A DNA stretch of 64,000 nucleotides from Fibrobacteria bacterium (lineage in GTDB: Bacteria; Fibrobacterota; Chitinivibrionia; Chitinivibrionales; FEN-1185): positions 1 through 64,000 of the forward strand of contig JBBIGR010000005.1 of assembly GCA_037447435.1 (NCBI GenBank). The letters run 5' to 3'. Positions 10,112 to 20,833 of this stretch are shown one piece after another. The notes under the pieces were generated by a model. It ran no database searches. It had not been told where the DNA came from and was given only the letters and a program-made list of their open reading frames with translations. Position numbers and translations under genes: made by a program. The stretch's first letter is position 1. Every line of letters starts with the position of its first letter.

Positions 10112-11401
10112 TTACGGCCTATTTTCGATGGGAACAAAATCACGCAGTTGAGACCCGGTGTAAATTTGACGGGGGCGCCAAATTTTCCAATGGGGATCAA
10201 TCGAACTTTCTTTCCATTGCGCAATCCATCCCGGTAACCGCCCGATACTGAAAATCACCGTAAACATATTAAGAGGAATACCCATGGCCCGATAAATTAT
10301 TCCCGAATAAAAATCGACATTGGGGTAGAGCTGACGTTCGACAAAATATTCGTCGTGCAAAGCAATATCCTCAAGTTCTATTGCGATATCCAGGAGCGGA
10401 TCCTTAACCGAGGTTTCAGCCAAAAGCTCATGCACGGTTCTTTTCATAATCGCGGCACGCGGATCATATTTTTTGTAAACACGGTGGCCAAAGCCCATCA
10501 AACGCGTCGTACTGTCTTTCGCCTTGACTTTTTCCACGTATTTTTTTGGATCCCCGCCGTCAGCCTGAATCTTTAACAGCATTTCAACCGCGGCCTGGGT
10601 AGCGCCGCCGTGCAACGGACCCCATAATGCCGATATGGCCGCAGCAATTGCCGCATATAGGTTGACCCGCGCGCTCCCGACAAGACGCACGGTACTAGTG
10701 GAACAATTTTGTTCATGGTCCGCATGCAGGATAAGTACGAGATTCAAAGCCCGAACAAACGCCGGCTTAATTTCATACTCGTCGACCGATGAATCGAACA
10801 TCATATTCAAAAAATTTGCGCAATACGAAAGATCGTGGCGCGGATACACGAGCGGCTCACCCAAAGATTTCTTGTACGAAAAAGCCGCTATGGTCCGCAC
10901 TTTGGAAATCAGGCGGGCGGTGGTGATTTCGAAATCTTCATCGGGGTTGTCAAGTTTCGGATAAAAGCTGGAAAGTGACGTGACCATTGCCGAAAGTATG
11001 GACATTGGATGGGCCGATGGCGGAAAACCGGTAAAAAAGTGACGCATATCTTCGTGGATCATGGAATGCTGGGTCAAATATCTGCTGAACTGGTGAATAT
11101 CTTCCTCATTGGGAAGTTCTCCCCGAATAAGAAGATATGCCACTTCCACAAAGGAACAATGCTCGGCAAGAGTCGCAATATCGTATCCGCGGTACCGTAA
11201 AATCCCGTTTTCGCCGTCGACAAACGTTATGTTGCTCAGGCATGACCCGGTGTTGACAAACCCGTTATCATAGGTTATGCATCCGGTCTCTTTTCGCAAC
11301 GAGCTGATATCGATCGCCGTTTCACCTTCGGTGCCGACGATTATCGGCAACGACACGGTTTTACCGTCAATAATGAGCGTTGCAGATTTTAAATTCTCCA
11401 T
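10112..11401 (-). CDS. gltA: Citrate synthase (Si-type)
   Basis: LHADHEQNCST, GPLHGG, GFGHRVYKKYDPRA, YPNVDFYSG. Confidence 0.96.
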   Translation of the reverse strand: MENLKSATLIIDGKTVSLPIIVGTEGETAIDISSLRKETGCITYDNGFVNTGSCLSNITFVDGENGILRYRGYDIATLAEHCSFVEVAYLLIRGELPNEEDIHQFSRYLTQHSMIHEDMRHFFTGFPPSAHPMSILSAMVTSLSSFYPKLDNPDEDFEITTARLISKVRTIAAFSYKKSLGEPLVYPRHDLSYCANFLNMMFDSSVDEYEIKPAFVRALNLVLILHADHEQNCSTSTVRLVGSARVNLYAAIAAAISALWGPLHGGATQAAVEMLLKIQADGGDPKKYVEKVKAKDSTTRLMGFGHRVYKKYDPRAAIMKRTVHELLAETSVKDPLLDIAIELEDIALHDEYFVERQLYPNVDFYSGIIYRAMGIPLNMFTVIFSIGRLPGWIAQWKESSIDPHWKIWRPRQIYTGSQLRDFVPIENRP

Positions 11402-11438
11402 GGCATCCGTCTCCTTGTTCTTTGGGAATAATAGGCAA

Positions 11439-12572
11439 TTACCGTCCCTTGAATTGCCGCAGATAAATTTCCATGAGTTCTTTTTCGAACAATGCCCTTT
11501 TCTTTTCCGTTACCATTTTCCTGACCGAGGGAAGGAGTTCGTTTGCTTCTTCATTAGTCAGCTCTATGGAAAATTCCGCAAGTTTTTCCTGCAAAGAGGT
11601 GGTTTCGGTGTGCTTGCCGATGAGTATTTGCCGGGTTCCGCCGACAATGCTCGGCGAAAACGCTTCATAGGTTTCGGGGGCGTTTTTCAAAGCCGACGTG
11701 TAAAATCCCGCTTCATGCGAAAAAACGCCGCTGCCGAAAATCGGCTTGCTTTCCCAAAGCTTTCTGCCGCTGAATTCCGCCACGGCCTTTGAAATCGGCA
11801 GCAGTTTATCAAGAATAACATTAGTCAACCTGTTTTCTGTAAACGCAAGCGCCATCGCAACCTCTTCAAGGCAGGCGTTGCCCGCCCGTTCGCCCAGTCC
11901 GTTTACCGTAACATTTGCGAACGTGGCTCCCGCATCAAGCGCCGTCACGGTATTTGCGGTGGCCATTCCGAAATCATTATGCATATGAACTTCGATCGGC
12001 AAATCCAAGTTCGCTTTCAACCAGGTAATTTCCGAATGAGCCTTAAGCGGAGAAAGGATCCCTATGGTGTCGCAATACCGGATTCTGTCGGCCCCTGCAT
12101 TTCTGCCGGCTTCAAAAAATTCGAGCAAATAGTCGTGATGGGCCCGCGATGCGTCTTCAGCGCTGAGCAACACATACAAGCCATTGCTTTTTGCAAAATT
12201 GACCGTTGTTCGAATTTGTTCGAGGACCCACGCCTTTGTTCTATGTAATTTTTTCTCGATATGAATGTCGGAAGAAGATATGGAAATGCATACCGCATCG
12301 ACACCGCAAGAAAGCGACCACTGTATGTCATCGGTGTCGGCACGATTCCAGGCCAGGATGCTTGCGGGCAATTTGAGTTCGCAGATCGCCTTGATGGCTT
12401 CGCATTCATCTCCCCCCATTGCAGGAATACCGACTTCGATTTGGTCGACCCCCGCATCGGAAAGCAGCTTTGCAATGGATATTTTTTCCGCAGGTGAAAA
12501 AACGACTCCCGCAGTTTGTTCCCCGTCCCTCAGCGTCGTGTCGATTATATAGACTTTTTCCTTGTTCGTCAT
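11439..12572 (-). CDS. Homocitrate synthase (NifV/LeuA DRE-TIM family)-like acetyl-CoA condensing enzyme
   Basis: [30 protein letters not shown]; substrate uncertain. Confidence 0.8.
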   Translation of the reverse strand: MTNKEKVYIIDTTLRDGEQTAGVVFSPAEKISIAKLLSDAGVDQIEVGIPAMGGDECEAIKAICELKLPASILAWNRADTDDIQWSLSCGVDAVCISISSSDIHIEKKLHRTKAWVLEQIRTTVNFAKSNGLYVLLSAEDASRAHHDYLLEFFEAGRNAGADRIRYCDTIGILSPLKAHSEITWLKANLDLPIEVHMHNDFGMATANTVTALDAGATFANVTVNGLGERAGNACLEEVAMALAFTENRLTNVILDKLLPISKAVAEFSGRKLWESKPIFGSGVFSHEAGFYTSALKNAPETYEAFSPSIVGGTRQILIGKHTETTSLQEKLAEFSIELTNEEANELLPSVRKMVTEKKRALFEKELMEIYLRQFKGR

Positions 12573-13456
12573 ACTACCGCCTTATTCGACAACACACTAA
12601 GCATGGTCTTTCCCATTTCCGTCGGATCATCGACAATGGTAACGCCGGCATTTTTAAGCGCGTTGATTTTATCGGTAGCGGTCCCGCTCGATCCGCTGAT
12701 GATCGCGCCTGCATGCCCCATTCTTCTGCCCGGCGGTGCCGATTTACCGGCAATAAAGGCAACAATGGGTTTTGTTCCGTTCTTTCCGATCCATTCCGCG
12801 GCTTTTTCCTCGTCCGAGCCTCCGATTTCACCGATGAGAACAATGCCTTTTGTTTGGTCGTCTTTTTCAAACAATTCTAGTAAATCGATGAATCCGACGC
12901 CGTGTATGGGGTCTCCTCCCATGCCGACGCATGTCGATTGCCCAAGGCCAAGCGTCGTGAGCTGCCATACCGCCTCATAAGTCAAGGTACCAGACCTGCT
13001 TATGACCCCGATTTCTCCCGGTTTATGAATATATCCCGGCATGATTCCGATTTTGCTTTTTCCCGGAGAAATTATACCTGGACAATTAGGACCAATCAAA
13101 GTCGCTCTATATTTCATTACCGTTGCCCGCGCTTTAATCATGTCTTTTTGCGGAATACCTTCGGTGATGCAAACGATTAATCGGATCCCCGCCTCAGCCG
13201 CCTCCTCAATCGCGTCGCCCGCCAAAAGGGGTGGAACAAAAATCATAGTCGCGTCCACGTGATGATTGCGCATTGTAAAATCAACGGTATCATATACCGG
13301 AATGTCTTTATCGAACAGCTGTCCGCTTTTCCCCGGAGTCACTCCCGCCACAATTTGCGTTCCGTATTCACGGCACATGGTCGTATGAAATCCTCCGGCT
13401 TTGCCGGTAATTCCCTGGCAAATGACCTGAGTTTCTTTATCAATAAGTATTGACAT
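12569..13456 (-). CDS. sucD: Succinyl-CoA synthetase alpha subunit
   Basis: [27 protein letters not shown]. Confidence 0.96.
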   Translation of the reverse strand: MSILIDKETQVICQGITGKAGGFHTTMCREYGTQIVAGVTPGKSGQLFDKDIPVYDTVDFTMRNHHVDATMIFVPPLLAGDAIEEAAEAGIRLIVCITEGIPQKDMIKARATVMKYRATLIGPNCPGIISPGKSKIGIMPGYIHKPGEIGVISRSGTLTYEAVWQLTTLGLGQSTCVGMGGDPIHGVGFIDLLELFEKDDQTKGIVLIGEIGGSDEEKAAEWIGKNGTKPIVAFIAGKSAPPGRRMGHAGAIISGSSGTATDKINALKNAGVTIVDDPTEMGKTMLSVLSNKAVV

Positions 13457-14621
13457 AATTTCCTTTCGAAAGAAGCACTGCCTTCAAGACCGCCTGTTTC
13501 AAATCCCGGGCAAGTTCGAACGAACCGCCGTTTTCTTTTAGCAGGTCCAGTCCGCGTATTGCCTCAGTACCGTCTAAACGCACGACAAGCGGGACTTTTA
13601 CATGCACTTCTTTGCTTGCTGCCAACAGACCGGCCGCTATTATATCGCATCGGACTATTCCGCCGAACACATTGACCAGAATCACTTTTACGTCCGGATC
13701 GCTTGTCAATATTCGCAGTGCCGCCGTAGCCGCCTCCACATCGACATTACCGCCGACATCGAGAAAATTCGCCGCTTCGCCGCCATACAGCTTGACCGCG
13801 TCCATCGTTGCCATTGCAAGACCAGCTCCGTTGACCATGCAGCCTATTGAACCGCCGGCCACCTTGACATAATTTAAATCGAATTTCGAGGCTGCTATCT
13901 CCAATTGATCACGTTTGTTTTGTTTGTCGTATTCCGCCCAATCGGAATGCCGGGGAAAAGCATTGTCGTCGAGAACTATTTTTCCATCCAGGGCAATCAG
14001 TTCGCCCGAAAATGTCGAAGCAAGGGGATTAATTTCAACAAGCGTCGCGTCGTTATCGACAAATGTTTTAAAAAGCCCGTTGAGAAACCTTTGGGTTGTT
14101 CTAGGGTTAACGGTACTGTTACCTAATGCGAAATGAATGCGTCTGGCCTGATGATCGGCAATTCCTCTTACAATATCGAGCTCAATTCGTATTATCGATT
14201 CCGGTTTCTCTCTGGCCGCGGTTTCGATATCCATCCCGCCGCAGGTAGACACCATAAGTACCGGGCATGACGCTGCTCTGTCGACGGAAATTGCCGCAAA
14301 ATATTCCGACGAAATGACTTGCCCCTCTTCGATGAGAACGGCGTCCACCGGAAGTCCTTGCGGCCCGGTTTGTATTGTTTTAACTATCATTTTGCGAATT
14401 TCTTTAAAAGCAGCAATGGCCTCGGCTCGGGTATTCGCCTTTTTGACCGCACCCATTTTCCCCCTGCCGCCGGCGAGGACCTGCGCCTTGAGATATAAAG
14501 GAAATTTAAGTGTGTCAATTGCAGTTTCGGCATCATGTTCCGTTTTAGCAACAATACCCTGCGGCGTCTGAATCCCGCATTCCCGAAGCATTTTTTTTGC
14601 ATTGTATTCATGCAGATACAT
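13440..14621 (-). CDS. sucC: Succinyl-CoA synthetase beta subunit
   Basis: [45 protein letters not shown]. Confidence 0.96.
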   Translation of the reverse strand: MYLHEYNAKKMLRECGIQTPQGIVAKTEHDAETAIDTLKFPLYLKAQVLAGGRGKMGAVKKANTRAEAIAAFKEIRKMIVKTIQTGPQGLPVDAVLIEEGQVISSEYFAAISVDRAASCPVLMVSTCGGMDIETAAREKPESIIRIELDIVRGIADHQARRIHFALGNSTVNPRTTQRFLNGLFKTFVDNDATLVEINPLASTFSGELIALDGKIVLDDNAFPRHSDWAEYDKQNKRDQLEIAASKFDLNYVKVAGGSIGCMVNGAGLAMATMDAVKLYGGEAANFLDVGGNVDVEAATAALRILTSDPDVKVILVNVFGGIVRCDIIAAGLLAASKEVHVKVPLVVRLDGTEAIRGLDLLKENGGSFELARDLKQAVLKAVLLSKGNYVNTY

Positions 14622-15180
14622 GGATATTCCCCACTTTCTTACTCTGCCCCATATCGTATCCTAATTTCAACGCCCGCAGATTGAGTTCCGGTTTCTTGCG
14701 TGCAAAACGGGTTGCCACGGCAATCTCGGCAGCCGGATAACTGACGACTTCACAAACGCCGATAATTGTTCCCATAAGAATGATATTCGTGGTCAGCATC
14801 GTGCCGATGATATCAATCGCAGATTTGCATATCGGAAAACGAAGGAGATTCTTCCCTATAGTCTCGTCGCCGTCTATACTTTCCTCATCGGCAATTATCA
14901 CCACCGACTCGTCCAATCCGCGGCAATACAGGCGGAATGCTTCGCGCGAGAGGGCTGCAACGCAATTCGGCCGGACAACTTTGGGGTAATCTATCGGTTC
15001 CGCCGAGATGATCACGTCGGTTTTGCTCGCACCGCCGCGCGCCTCAGGACCATACGACTGAGTCTGCACGGCAAACGTATGATCATATATGGTGGCAGCT
15101 TCACCAAGAAGAATACCGGTGGTAATGATCCCTTGCCCTCCGGTACCGCTTATACGGATTTCATATCTATTTGGTTTCAT
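14608..15180 (-). CDS. korC: 2-oxoacid:ferredoxin oxidoreductase gamma subunit (probably 2-oxoglutarate)
   Basis: GTGGQG, QSYGPEARGG; start set at ATG 15180; specificity inferred from the adjacent sucCD. Confidence 0.88.
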   Translation of the reverse strand: MKPNRYEIRISGTGGQGIITTGILLGEAATIYDHTFAVQTQSYGPEARGGASKTDVIISAEPIDYPKVVRPNCVAALSREAFRLYCRGLDESVVIIADEESIDGDETIGKNLLRFPICKSAIDIIGTMLTTNIILMGTIIGVCEVVSYPAAEIAVATRFARKKPELNLRALKLGYDMGQSKKVGNIHVSA

Positions 15181-16027
15181 GTACCCGCTCAAAAAGGTGT
15201 GTGTATGCGTCCGAATATTCCTTGCGATTCTCGTTGTATAATTCACCGGTCAAATATTTTCCTGTAAGTTGTTCCGGAGTCATAAGCTGTGCGTCTTTTG
15301 CGGAGATCGCCTTGTCGCGTTGTTCCATGAGCAAAGAAACCGGGCTGGACTTTTTATTCAGTTTTCCATAATGGGTAGGACAAGCGCAAACAGCCTCGAC
15401 AACCGAGAAACCTTTGTTGGTAATCGCATTGGCTATAAGTTTGGGCAACTGACGCGCCTGGTAAGTCGTACCCCGGGCAACGTATGTAGCGCCGGCAGCG
15501 ATAGCAAGTTTACAAATATCAAACGGGGTCTCAACTGTTCCATAACTCGCCGTTGTTGCGAATGCACCGCGCGGAGTCAAAGGGCTGTATTGGCCGCTTG
15601 TCATACCGTATATGTTATTGTTGAAAATTATTAATGTTAAGTCAAGGTTTCTCCTGGCGGCCTGGATGAAATGGTTGCCCCCGATGGCAGTGGCATCACC
15701 GTCTCCCGACATGACAATAACGGTGAGTTTCGGGTTAGCGACCTTTATTCCTGTAGCGAAAGGCAAAGCCCTGCCGTGCGCCGTATGGACCGTATTAAGA
15801 TCAAGATATCCCGCCGAACGCGACGAACAGCCGATCCCCGCGACCGCAGCGACATTGTTACGATCAAGTGCAAGCATTTCCAATGCCTTTGTTATCGCGC
15901 GTAAAACTATGCCGTTTCCGCATCCGGGACACCAAATATGCGGGAGTCTGTTTTGCCGAAAATAATCTTGCGATTGAAGACCCAATGAAGGAGCAGTCGC
16001 GATTTCACTTTGCATTTGATCATTCAT
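15167..16027 (-). CDS. korB: 2-oxoacid:ferredoxin oxidoreductase beta subunit
   Basis: WCPGCG, GIGCS, HGRA, GDGD...IGGNH, NN.IYGMT.GQ.SP. Confidence 0.92.
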   Translation of the reverse strand: MNDQMQSEIATAPSLGLQSQDYFRQNRLPHIWCPGCGNGIVLRAITKALEMLALDRNNVAAVAGIGCSSRSAGYLDLNTVHTAHGRALPFATGIKVANPKLTVIVMSGDGDATAIGGNHFIQAARRNLDLTLIIFNNNIYGMTSGQYSPLTPRGAFATTASYGTVETPFDICKLAIAAGATYVARGTTYQARQLPKLIANAITNKGFSVVEAVCACPTHYGKLNKKSSPVSLLMEQRDKAISAKDAQLMTPEQLTGKYLTGELYNENRKEYSDAYTHLFERVHETK

Positions 16028-17246
16028 GATTTACGCAACCCTGTTGTTGAAGTACCGGATGGGGATGCCAATTTTCTAAAACAGAAATGATCTCCGAAGG
16101 TGCAATTGGCAAACCGTTCGCTTTATTTATTACCCGCAGATCGACATCCAATCCGATAATGGAACGAACCGTAGTGGTCATTTGTCCCAAATTCATTTCT
16201 ACGAGTAGAAAGCGGTTACACTGTTTGGCTAGTCGTTGCAATTGCTTGATAGGGAAAGGATGTAATGTAATGATCCGGAAAATCCCGATTTTTCTGCCGG
16301 TCCCGCCGAGCAATCGAACCGCTCGCTCAGCGGAGCGCGCGGTCGAGCCATAGGAAATAATTATCTCTTCCGCATCATCCGTTGCTATTTCTTCGGCAAA
16401 AGCCAGATCATCGGCACGGGATAGAACCTTATTGACAAGAAAGGTATTTAATTCGCCGGCCCGACCGGGATCGTTTGTGGGAAACCCGTCTTGGTCGTGA
16501 ACAAGTCCCGTAACATTATATCGATACCCTTCCCCCATAGCGGGCATTGCCGTAACGGCGTTGCCCTCGATTTTAAAAGGATGAAAATCTTCGGGCGGAA
16601 CCGTAGGCTTTCCGCGATTTTCGATTCGTATCAACTCCGTAGGCGGAATAAGCAGTAATTCACGCATATGTCCGACGACTTCATCGGGCAAGAATATGAC
16701 CGGTATACGTAAACGTTCCGATATGTTGACGCACCAAATTGCTAAATAATACATTTCGGAAACCGTTGCAGGTGCAACAACAACCACGGGATGATCGCCG
16801 TGGGTTCCCCAAATCGCCTGCATCACGTCGCCTTGCGCCGGAGAGGTCGGCATTCCCGTCGAGGGTCCGCTGCGCATAACGTTGACAATAACGCACGGAA
16901 TTTGCGTCATGCCGGAATAGCCGATCAGTTCTTGCATTAAAGAAAAACCAGGCCCCGATGTTGCCGTAAGCGCTTTGCTTCCAGCCAAAGAAGCACCTAA
17001 GACTGCCCCGATACTGGCAATTTCATCTTCCATTTGAATAAACGCACCTTTTATGCGAGGCAATCGCTCCGAAAGAATTTCGGCAATTTCCGTCGAGGGA
17101 GTTATGGGGTACCCGGCAAAAAATCTGGCGCCTGCAGCCAAAACACCTTCTGCAGCAGCCTCATTCCCTTGAAGAAAGCGCTTTTGAAAAACACCGCCTT
17201 CAGTATCAAAAAGGATCTGGCCCATTAATTCTTTTGGGATTTTCAT
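16020..17246 (-). CDS. korA: 2-oxoacid:ferredoxin oxidoreductase alpha subunit
   Basis: GYPITPSTE, QMEDE, TATSGPG, RSGPSTG; ATG 17246 overlaps the korD stop. Confidence 0.92.
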   Translation of the reverse strand: MKIPKELMGQILFDTEGGVFQKRFLQGNEAAAEGVLAAGARFFAGYPITPSTEIAEILSERLPRIKGAFIQMEDEIASIGAVLGASLAGSKALTATSGPGFSLMQELIGYSGMTQIPCVIVNVMRSGPSTGMPTSPAQGDVMQAIWGTHGDHPVVVVAPATVSEMYYLAIWCVNISERLRIPVIFLPDEVVGHMRELLLIPPTELIRIENRGKPTVPPEDFHPFKIEGNAVTAMPAMGEGYRYNVTGLVHDQDGFPTNDPGRAGELNTFLVNKVLSRADDLAFAEEIATDDAEEIIISYGSTARSAERAVRLLGGTGRKIGIFRIITLHPFPIKQLQRLAKQCNRFLLVEMNLGQMTTTVRSIIGLDVDLRVINKANGLPIAPSEIISVLENWHPHPVLQQQGCVNHE

Positions 17247-17482
17247 TGTGCGCTTTCCGGAGTTTGCAACGGGTATGTTGAAATTTCTATCGCATAATCT
17301 GGACACCGATCGACACAAAGCATGCATTTTATACATTTATCTTCATTTACAACTTCAGGAAATCCGCTTTTATCCTGAACAAAAACCGTTTTAGGGCAAA
17401 ATGCTGCACAAATACCGCAGCTTTTACAATATTTTCGGTTAACAGTTACTTTTGGTCTTATAGTTCCAGATTTTTCTTGCAT
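17243..17482 (-). CDS. korD: 2x[4Fe-4S] ferredoxin-like delta subunit
   Basis: CKSCGICAAFCP and CIKCMLCVDRCPD. Confidence 0.88.
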   Translation of the reverse strand: MQEKSGTIRPKVTVNRKYCKSCGICAAFCPKTVFVQDKSGFPEVVNEDKCIKCMLCVDRCPDYAIEISTYPLQTPESAQ

Positions 17483-17572
17483 GATTTCTTTCTCGTTAAT
17501 TCCATTCACAGAAACAAACAAACAGGCAATTAACCGTTAAACAAGTTTTCCCGTCCCAATTGCAATTTATAA

Positions 17573-17589
17573 AGCAATCATCGTACCGA
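17573..17589 (-). promoter_or_regulatory. sigma54 promoter (-24/-12) of the kor-suc-gltA-sdh operon
   Basis: Minus strand TCGGTACGATGATTGCT = GG-N10-GC ending TTGC, about 90 bp upstream of korD. Confidence 0.7.
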
Positions 17590-17765
17590 TTTTCTTAATT
17601 TGACAAAAAATCGAACAAATGAGTCGTTTTTATATCAATACCTGTTTTTTCATTCTTTATTTAAGAAAAACCGGCAAATGAATTTGTTCGAAAGAAACTA
17701 ATTTCCTATAAATTCAAAGATTTATAGAAATAATTTTGAAAAAGATTCTTAAAAACGATAATTAC

Positions 17766-17783
17766 TGCCTCATTGTTGCTGCA
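17766..17783. promoter_or_regulatory. Palindromic motif A (candidate enhancer-binding site)
   Basis: TGCCTCA-TTGT-TGCTGCA. Confidence 0.5.
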
Positions 17784-17843
17784 CTATTTATCGCAAGACA
17801 TTGTAATGCATTGATTTTATCAAAGTTAAAACAGTTAGATTGG

Positions 17844-17861
17844 TGCAGCGTTTTTGATGCA
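17844..17861. promoter_or_regulatory. Palindromic motif A (candidate enhancer-binding site)
   Basis: TGCAGCG-TTTT-TGATGCA. Confidence 0.5.
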
Positions 17862-17900
17862 CTATTTTATCGAATTTGATAATCGTGTTTAGAATCACAT

Positions 17901-18992
17901 CTATCCCATATCGTGAAAAGGGAATTTTATATAAAAAGTTGTTCCTTCGCCTTTGCAACTCACAAATCGAATTGTTCCATTATGTTTTGAAACAATCCCG
18001 TAAGAAATTGATAGGCCCAATCCAGTACCTTTCCCAAATTCTTTGGTAGTAAAAAAGGGTTCCATAACCCGATCGATGATATCATCAGGTATTCCAGTAC
18101 CAGTATCTCTGAAATTGATTTCAAAACCGTTTTTTCCTTCTTTAAATGTTACGGTCAAATTACCCTCTGCATGCGGCATCATGGCATCGAGAGCGTTGCT
18201 GAGCAGGTTTAAAAACACCTGCTGCATTTCACCCGAACATCCTTCAAATTTATGGATTTGGCTCCCCAGATCCCTAGTAACGGTAATATTGTTTTTCCGG
18301 AATCCGTGCTCCATGAACATAAGGGTTTCATTAATTAATTGGGGAAAATTGATGCTATTTTTCAATCCGATCGACTGCCGTGCAAAACTCAGCAAACCTT
18401 TGGTAATATCGCCAATCCGAAGCAAATGCGTTTCAAATTTATCAAGGTCTTTTTCCGCCTGGGCCATAAAAGTGTCCCGATCCGGAAAAAGCGATTTAAG
18501 GAACCCGGTTTTCGCTAAAAGTATGCACACCGGATTGTTAATTTCATGTGCGACACCGGCTGCAAGTTGTCCGATCATAGCCATCCGCTCTTTGACTATC
18601 AATTGTTCCAGCGTGCTTTCCACTTTTGCCGCTTCCTGACGAATAAGATCTTCCCTGCGCTTGTTGATGGTACCTAACGCACCGAAAATCAGGTAAAATA
18701 AAAGCGGATGTAAAAGAAATACCAGGAGAAAATGATATGTCCGAACCACGAACACCATTGAATGTAAAGAGAGCGGAAGCCCAAGGGTAAACAACACGAG
18801 GCCAACGGTGACAAAGGGAACCGGTATTCCCCATGCAAAACCGAACAAAGAATAAAGGTTCGCGAAAGGATTATATGTATAAGGGTTTTTGAATGAGCCG
18901 AAAAATTCCGGCACTAACGACCGTAAACGTGACAGGTTTTGGAACTGGTTTGATTTCGTCAAGGTTTCCCTGTTCATGTCATTCCTTTCCAT
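17901..18992 (-). CDS. Membrane sensor histidine kinase (NtrB-like)
   Basis: N-terminal TM segments; AHEINNP H-box, NLLSNA, DTGTGI, PFFTTK, GTGLGL. Confidence 0.93.
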   Translation of the reverse strand: MERNDMNRETLTKSNQFQNLSRLRSLVPEFFGSFKNPYTYNPFANLYSLFGFAWGIPVPFVTVGLVLFTLGLPLSLHSMVFVVRTYHFLLVFLLHPLLFYLIFGALGTINKRREDLIRQEAAKVESTLEQLIVKERMAMIGQLAAGVAHEINNPVCILLAKTGFLKSLFPDRDTFMAQAEKDLDKFETHLLRIGDITKGLLSFARQSIGLKNSINFPQLINETLMFMEHGFRKNNITVTRDLGSQIHKFEGCSGEMQQVFLNLLSNALDAMMPHAEGNLTVTFKEGKNGFEINFRDTGTGIPDDIIDRVMEPFFTTKEFGKGTGLGLSISYGIVSKHNGTIRFVSCKGEGTTFYIKFPFHDMG

Positions 18993-19061
18993 GGATTTTT
19001 ATCGAGTATTCCTTAAACTGTACGGTCTCAGCTCTGTAAACGTCTGGGGGCCTTTATTTGG

Positions 19062-20534
19062 TTAAATCGGGTCGGATGCGGTATCCGAAGCGGGCTTAAT
19101 CCAAGTGTCGCGTTTTTCTTCATCAATAACGACCGAATCTTTTATTGCTGCCGGCTGAACATGATATTTTCTGATAAGTCTTTGAAAAGAAGATCTGTGC
19201 ATTCCGGCCAAATCCGCTGCAGCAGAAACATTGCCCTTGCTTTTTTGGAGCAAAGCCAACACATAATTCTTTTCGAAATGTTCCAAGGCATCGGATTTCG
19301 CATCGTTAAACGGAACGCCGGAATCAATTGACGGTATTGCAACGGACGCGACCATTACCGGTTTATTCCGGATTTGATCCGGCAAGTTATCCGGTTCGAC
19401 TATTGCCGTATCGGCCATAGATGCCCCTTGATGCACCGCGTTTTCCAATTCACGTACGTTTCCAGGCCATTGATATTTTTTTAACAGCGCCATCGATTCG
19501 GGAGAGATTTGCATCGACGTTTTATGCGTGGCATTGAACGAGTCGAGGAAGTGGTTGACAAGCACGGAAATATCCTCGACCCTGTCCCGAAGCGGTGGGA
19601 CTTTTAATCGAATAACATTTAACCGGAAATACAGATCCTCACGAAACTTTCCGTCCTTAACAAACTGTTCAAGATCCCGATTTGTGGAAGCGATTATCCG
19701 GACGTCGATGGGAATTTGTTCCTTTCCCCCTACCCGGCGGACCTCTCGTTCCTGAAGTACGCGAAGTAGTTTTGCCTGCAACGTAAGCGGCAATTCTCCG
19801 ATTTCATCCAGGAATAAAGTGCCTTTGTCCGCAAATTCAAACAAGCCGATATTCCGGCTTACCGCTCCGGTAAACGCCCCTTTTTCGTGTCCGAAAAGCT
19901 CGCTTTCCAAAAGGGACTCCGGCAGGGCGCTGCAATTTATAGGAACAAATGTATTATCTTTTCTCTTACTGTTGAGATGTATGGTTTTCGCGACCAATTC
20001 CTTGCCGGTTCCGCTTTCGCCCGTTATGAGAACGCTTGATTCAAATGATGCCACTTTTTGAATCGAGTTGAGTACTTCACGAATCGACGGACTGGCACCG
20101 ATAAAAGGATGTTCGATGGCGGTATTTGCCAGTTTTTGTTTTAAATTTCGATTTTCTTCCTGCAATTTTCGAACGGAAAGAGCACGATCAATTACCGATA
20201 TTAATTGACTCGCCATAAACGGCTTGACCAGATAATCAAATGCGCCGTTTTTCATTGCGCCAACGGCAGATTCGATGGTCGGATATCCGGTGAAAATAAT
20301 GAACATCGATTCCTGGTTTGCTTTTTTGCCCGACGATAAGATTTCCATGCCGTCCACTTTGGGCATCATCAGGTCAACGATGACAATATCGAATTTTTTG
20401 GTTGTAACAATTTTCAGCCCTTCGCTCCCGTCGGAACATGTTTCAACCTCATATCCCTGAGCAGCAAGAATATTGGAACATGTTTCCACCATATCGGGTT
20501 CATCATCGATGATACAAATGGTTCCCTTAGACAT
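19062..20534 (-). CDS. sigma54-dependent response regulator (NtrC family)
   Basis: Receiver IIDDE/DLMMP, GESGTGKE, GAFTGA, LFLDEIG, C-terminal Fis HTH; GGGGAG upstream of ATG 20534. Confidence 0.95.
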   Translation of the reverse strand: MSKGTICIIDDEPDMVETCSNILAAQGYEVETCSDGSEGLKIVTTKKFDIVIVDLMMPKVDGMEILSSGKKANQESMFIIFTGYPTIESAVGAMKNGAFDYLVKPFMASQLISVIDRALSVRKLQEENRNLKQKLANTAIEHPFIGASPSIREVLNSIQKVASFESSVLITGESGTGKELVAKTIHLNSKRKDNTFVPINCSALPESLLESELFGHEKGAFTGAVSRNIGLFEFADKGTLFLDEIGELPLTLQAKLLRVLQEREVRRVGGKEQIPIDVRIIASTNRDLEQFVKDGKFREDLYFRLNVIRLKVPPLRDRVEDISVLVNHFLDSFNATHKTSMQISPESMALLKKYQWPGNVRELENAVHQGASMADTAIVEPDNLPDQIRNKPVMVASVAIPSIDSGVPFNDAKSDALEHFEKNYVLALLQKSKGNVSAAADLAGMHRSSFQRLIRKYHVQPAAIKDSVVIDEEKRDTWIKPASDTASDPI

Positions 20535-20584
20535 TTCCAACTCCCCTGTTTATAGTTTTACCGTTTGAATGATTGGTCGTGCAC

Positions 20585-20602
20585 TGCATCATTTCTGCCG
20601 CA
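20585..20602. promoter_or_regulatory. Palindromic motif A in the leader of the NtrC-family gene
   Basis: TGCATCA-TTTC-TGCCGCA. Confidence 0.5.
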
Positions 20603-20669
20603 CCTTCCGTTTTTTATGGTCATTGCCTCAGTTTGAAAACATCATACGTGAAAAACAACAAATAAAGGA

Positions 20670-20686
20670 TGCAAACCGTGTACCAA
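20670..20686 (-). promoter_or_regulatory. sigma54 promoter of the NtrC-family regulator/kinase genes
   Basis: Minus strand TTGGTACACGGTTTGCA, GG-N10-GC. Confidence 0.7.
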
Positions 20687-20765
20687 TTAAACTTTTTTTG
20701 CTAAATTTCGGATAAATCAGTAAAAAACAGCGGCCACTTGTCCTAAACCTTTAGCGAGAGCCGGG

Positions 20766-20793
20766 GCTATGGCTTTTGTAAATCGGCCATAGC
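20766..20793 (-). terminator. Possible terminator hairpin after the nqr operon
   Basis: GCTATGGC...GCCATAGC stem; no clear U-tract. Confidence 0.3.
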
Positions 20794-20833
20794 ACCTAAA
20801 ACAAAGAAACGTTCGGCAGTGATTTTAATCGCA

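Noticed and set aside
11439..12572. Nitrogen fixation inferred from a nifV-like gene
   Set aside because: No other nif genes; the context is a TCA operon
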